From an uncultured Acidobacteriota bacterium (GTDB lineage Bacteria; Acidobacteriota; Vicinamibacteria; Vicinamibacterales; CAVVIG01), in assembly GCA_963731545.1 (NCBI GenBank), contig CAVSWN010000004.1, positions 1 to 64,000 of the forward strand: 64,000 nucleotides of DNA. The letters run 5' to 3'. Below, piece by piece: positions 61,819 through 64,000 of this stretch (its first letter is position 1; every line of letters starts with the position of its first letter). Both the position numbers and the translations under genes were made by a program. The notes below the pieces were generated by a model. That model saw only the letters and a list, made by a program, of their open reading frames with translations. It was not told where the DNA came from and searched no databases.

Positions 61819-64000
61819 TCCTGCCTGCGGCCCTCGTCAGCGACCCTGATCGCGTCGCGAGGCTCGATCGCGAAGCCAAGCTCCTCGCATCGTTGAATCA
61901 TCCGCGCATCGCCGCGATCTACAGCCTCGAACACTTCGGCGATCAGCGCGCGCTCGTCATGGAACTGGTCGAGGGCGACACGCTGGACGCGCGCCTGCTC
62001 CCCGGACGCGGACTCGAACTCGAGGAAACGCTCGAGATCGCTGGGAGATTGCGGAAGGGCTCGAGGCCGCGCACGCCAAGGGCATCATCCATCGGGATCT
62101 CAAGCCGGCGAACATCAAGGTTGATCCGACGGGGAAGGTCAAGCTGCTCGATTTCGGGCTGGCCAAGGCCTTCAGTCTCGACAGCGGCGCGCTCGGTGGC
62201 AATCCTTCGTTTTCACCGACGATGGCGCCGGCGGCGACGGCGTCGGGTTTGATTCTGGGGACTGCGGCGTACATGAGCCCGGAACAGGCGCGCGGGCGTC
62301 CCGTCGATGCGCGAACTGATATCTGGGCCTTTGGGTGCGTACTCTACGAGACGCTCACGGGCCGCAAGCTGTTTCCGGGCGACACGATTACCGATGTCCT
62401 CGCGGCTGTCGTCCGCGCCGAGCCCGATTGGACGGCGCTTCCGGCGAACACGCCGGCGTCGATTCATCGCCTGTTGCGGCGCTGCCTGCAGAAGGATCCC
62501 AACCAGCGGCTGCATCACATCGGCGACGTGCGCCTCGAGCTGAAGGAAGTGGACGTCGAGCCGCCCACGATCGTCCGCAAGGCCGTCGCCGACGTTCCAT
62601 CCGTTCCAGTTGTTCCCGTTGTGCCAGTCGCTCCACGCGCGAGCGGCTGGCTGCGGATTGTGCCCTGGGCGCTCGTCGCGGTTCTGTCTGCAGTCGTCGT
62701 GGCGTTGGCGGTGACGGCTCTTCGAACCGCGCCACCGGCGAAGCAAGGCGTGGCGCGACTGGAGTTGCAGCCGCCGCCGGGCGTCGAGCTGTTCACGACG
62801 GCCGGCCGAACGCTGACGATTTCGCCGGACGGGACACGCATCGCGTTCATCGGCGTCAGGAACAGCGTGCGGTCGATCTACACGCGCCAGCTCGACCAGT
62901 TCGATGCGGAACCGCTCCGCGGAACCGAAGGCGCGTTCTCCTGCTTCTTCTCGCCGGACGGCACGTCGCTCGGGTTCGTGACGAATTCCGAGGTGAAACG
63001 CATCTCGCTGGCCGACGGCCTGGTCGTGCCGCTCGCGTCCGGTGTGCACCCGCAGGCCGGCGGCGCCTGGGGAACGGATGATCAGATTACTTACGTCCAC
63101 GACAACTCGCTGTGGCAGGCGCCTCAGGGAGGAGGGCCGCCGAAGAAGATACTCACGCTCGACGCAAAACAAGCTGGCGGCAAGACGATCATGTCGGTCA
63201 CCGACGTGCCTTCCAGCCCCGTCATCCTCTTCACCGTGCGCGTCAGCGGGGATTACCACATCGAATCGTTCGATCGCGCAACGGGCGCGCAGAAGACGCT
63301 CGTCGAACACGGTTCCAGCCCGCTGATCGCCGGCGACACGCTGATCTTCTTTCGCGGCACGCAACTGCTGGCGGCGTCGCTCCAGCCGGGAGGCACGGCG
63401 CTCAATGCGGCGCCGGTCCTGATCCAGGACGACGTGACGACCAACTCGGAGGTCTGGGCGCTGGCGGCCGTCTCGAGCTCAGGTTCCATGGTGTATGTGA
63501 CAACAGGGAAGGCGAACCACATCGTCGTGGTGTCGCGGCGCGGCGCGGAAGACGTGGAAATTGAAACACCCGGTGGGGCGCTGCTGCCGCGTGTCAGCCC
63601 GGACGGACGGCGCGTCGCGTTGGCCATCGCCGGGACCATCTGGGTGTCGGATCTCGCTCGGAAGACGTTCGCTCCGGTCACGCGCGACACGCGAGCGCTC
63701 TTTCCGTCCTGGACCCCAGACGGACGGCGCATCTTTTTCAATGGCTCGGACGGTGTGCGCTCGGTCGATCCGAACGCCGGCGGCGCCGGGACGTTGGTCT
63801 ACAAGACGAGCGGCGCCGATTTTCCGAATTCCATTTCGCCCGATGCGCGCACGCTGGCCATCAGCCGCTTCAGTTCGGATACGTCGACGGACGTCTACTA
63901 CGTCGACCTGCAGGACAGCAACCCCACGGCGCGTGTGGCGATTCAGAGTCCGGCCTATGACGCCGGCGCCCAGTTCTCGCCCGATGGCCGCTGGATCGTG
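61806..64000 (+). pseudogene. Ser/Thr protein kinase lacking N-lobe start (no Gly-loop/VAIK), frame change ~62040, followed by TM segment and TolB-like PD40 beta-propeller; continues past window end
   Basis: …[38 protein letters not shown]… / …[30 protein letters not shown]…[10 protein letters not shown]…[15 protein letters not shown] / [25 protein letters not shown] / PD40 repeats [49 protein letters not shown]. Confidence 0.7.

Overview
This is a high-GC (~65%) bacterial chromosomal window with a strongly accessory, mosaic character. An Acidobacteria-like soil bacterium is a guess only, based on PQQ-propeller expansion, CotH paralogs and REP/RAYT elements. The 5' end carries mobile-element debris: a frameshifted serine recombinase and a complete-ended but frameshifted IS21-family element (istA/istB) that abuts the 3' end of a host gene. 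The window also carries a REP (GTAG + palindrome) repeat family with a decayed RAYT transposase, and a separate ~60-130 bp repeat family in three copies. A bimodular NRPS (A-T-C-A-T-TE) sits with a PPTase and an Fe-alcohol dehydrogenase between inverted PQQ-like beta-propeller paralogs. An inverted pair of CotH-like paralogs, one pseudogenised, brackets a ~6.6 kb segment of secreted and nuclease-like genes. A bacterial eRF1-like (baeRF-type) gene is translationally coupled to a Lys/Ala-rich basic protein gene. A locus encodes an adenylate-forming enzyme (LuxE/PaaK-like), an ALDH-like reductase (LuxC-like), a GT4 glycosyltransferase and an ABC ATPase/FtsX permease. A membrane protein-NfeD-SPFH operon has its promoter region occupied by a 9-bp tandem repeat. 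Other genes include bactofilin, PssA-like, HugZ-like, a DUF433/DUF5615 toxin-antitoxin remnant, MFS transporters, a BNR/Asp-box protein and a 5'-truncated Ser/Thr kinase. More than 25 genes show single-nucleotide frame changes, mostly in GC-rich runs; this indicates either indel-prone assembly or extensive pseudogenisation. No rRNA, tRNA or CRISPR was recognised by eye.
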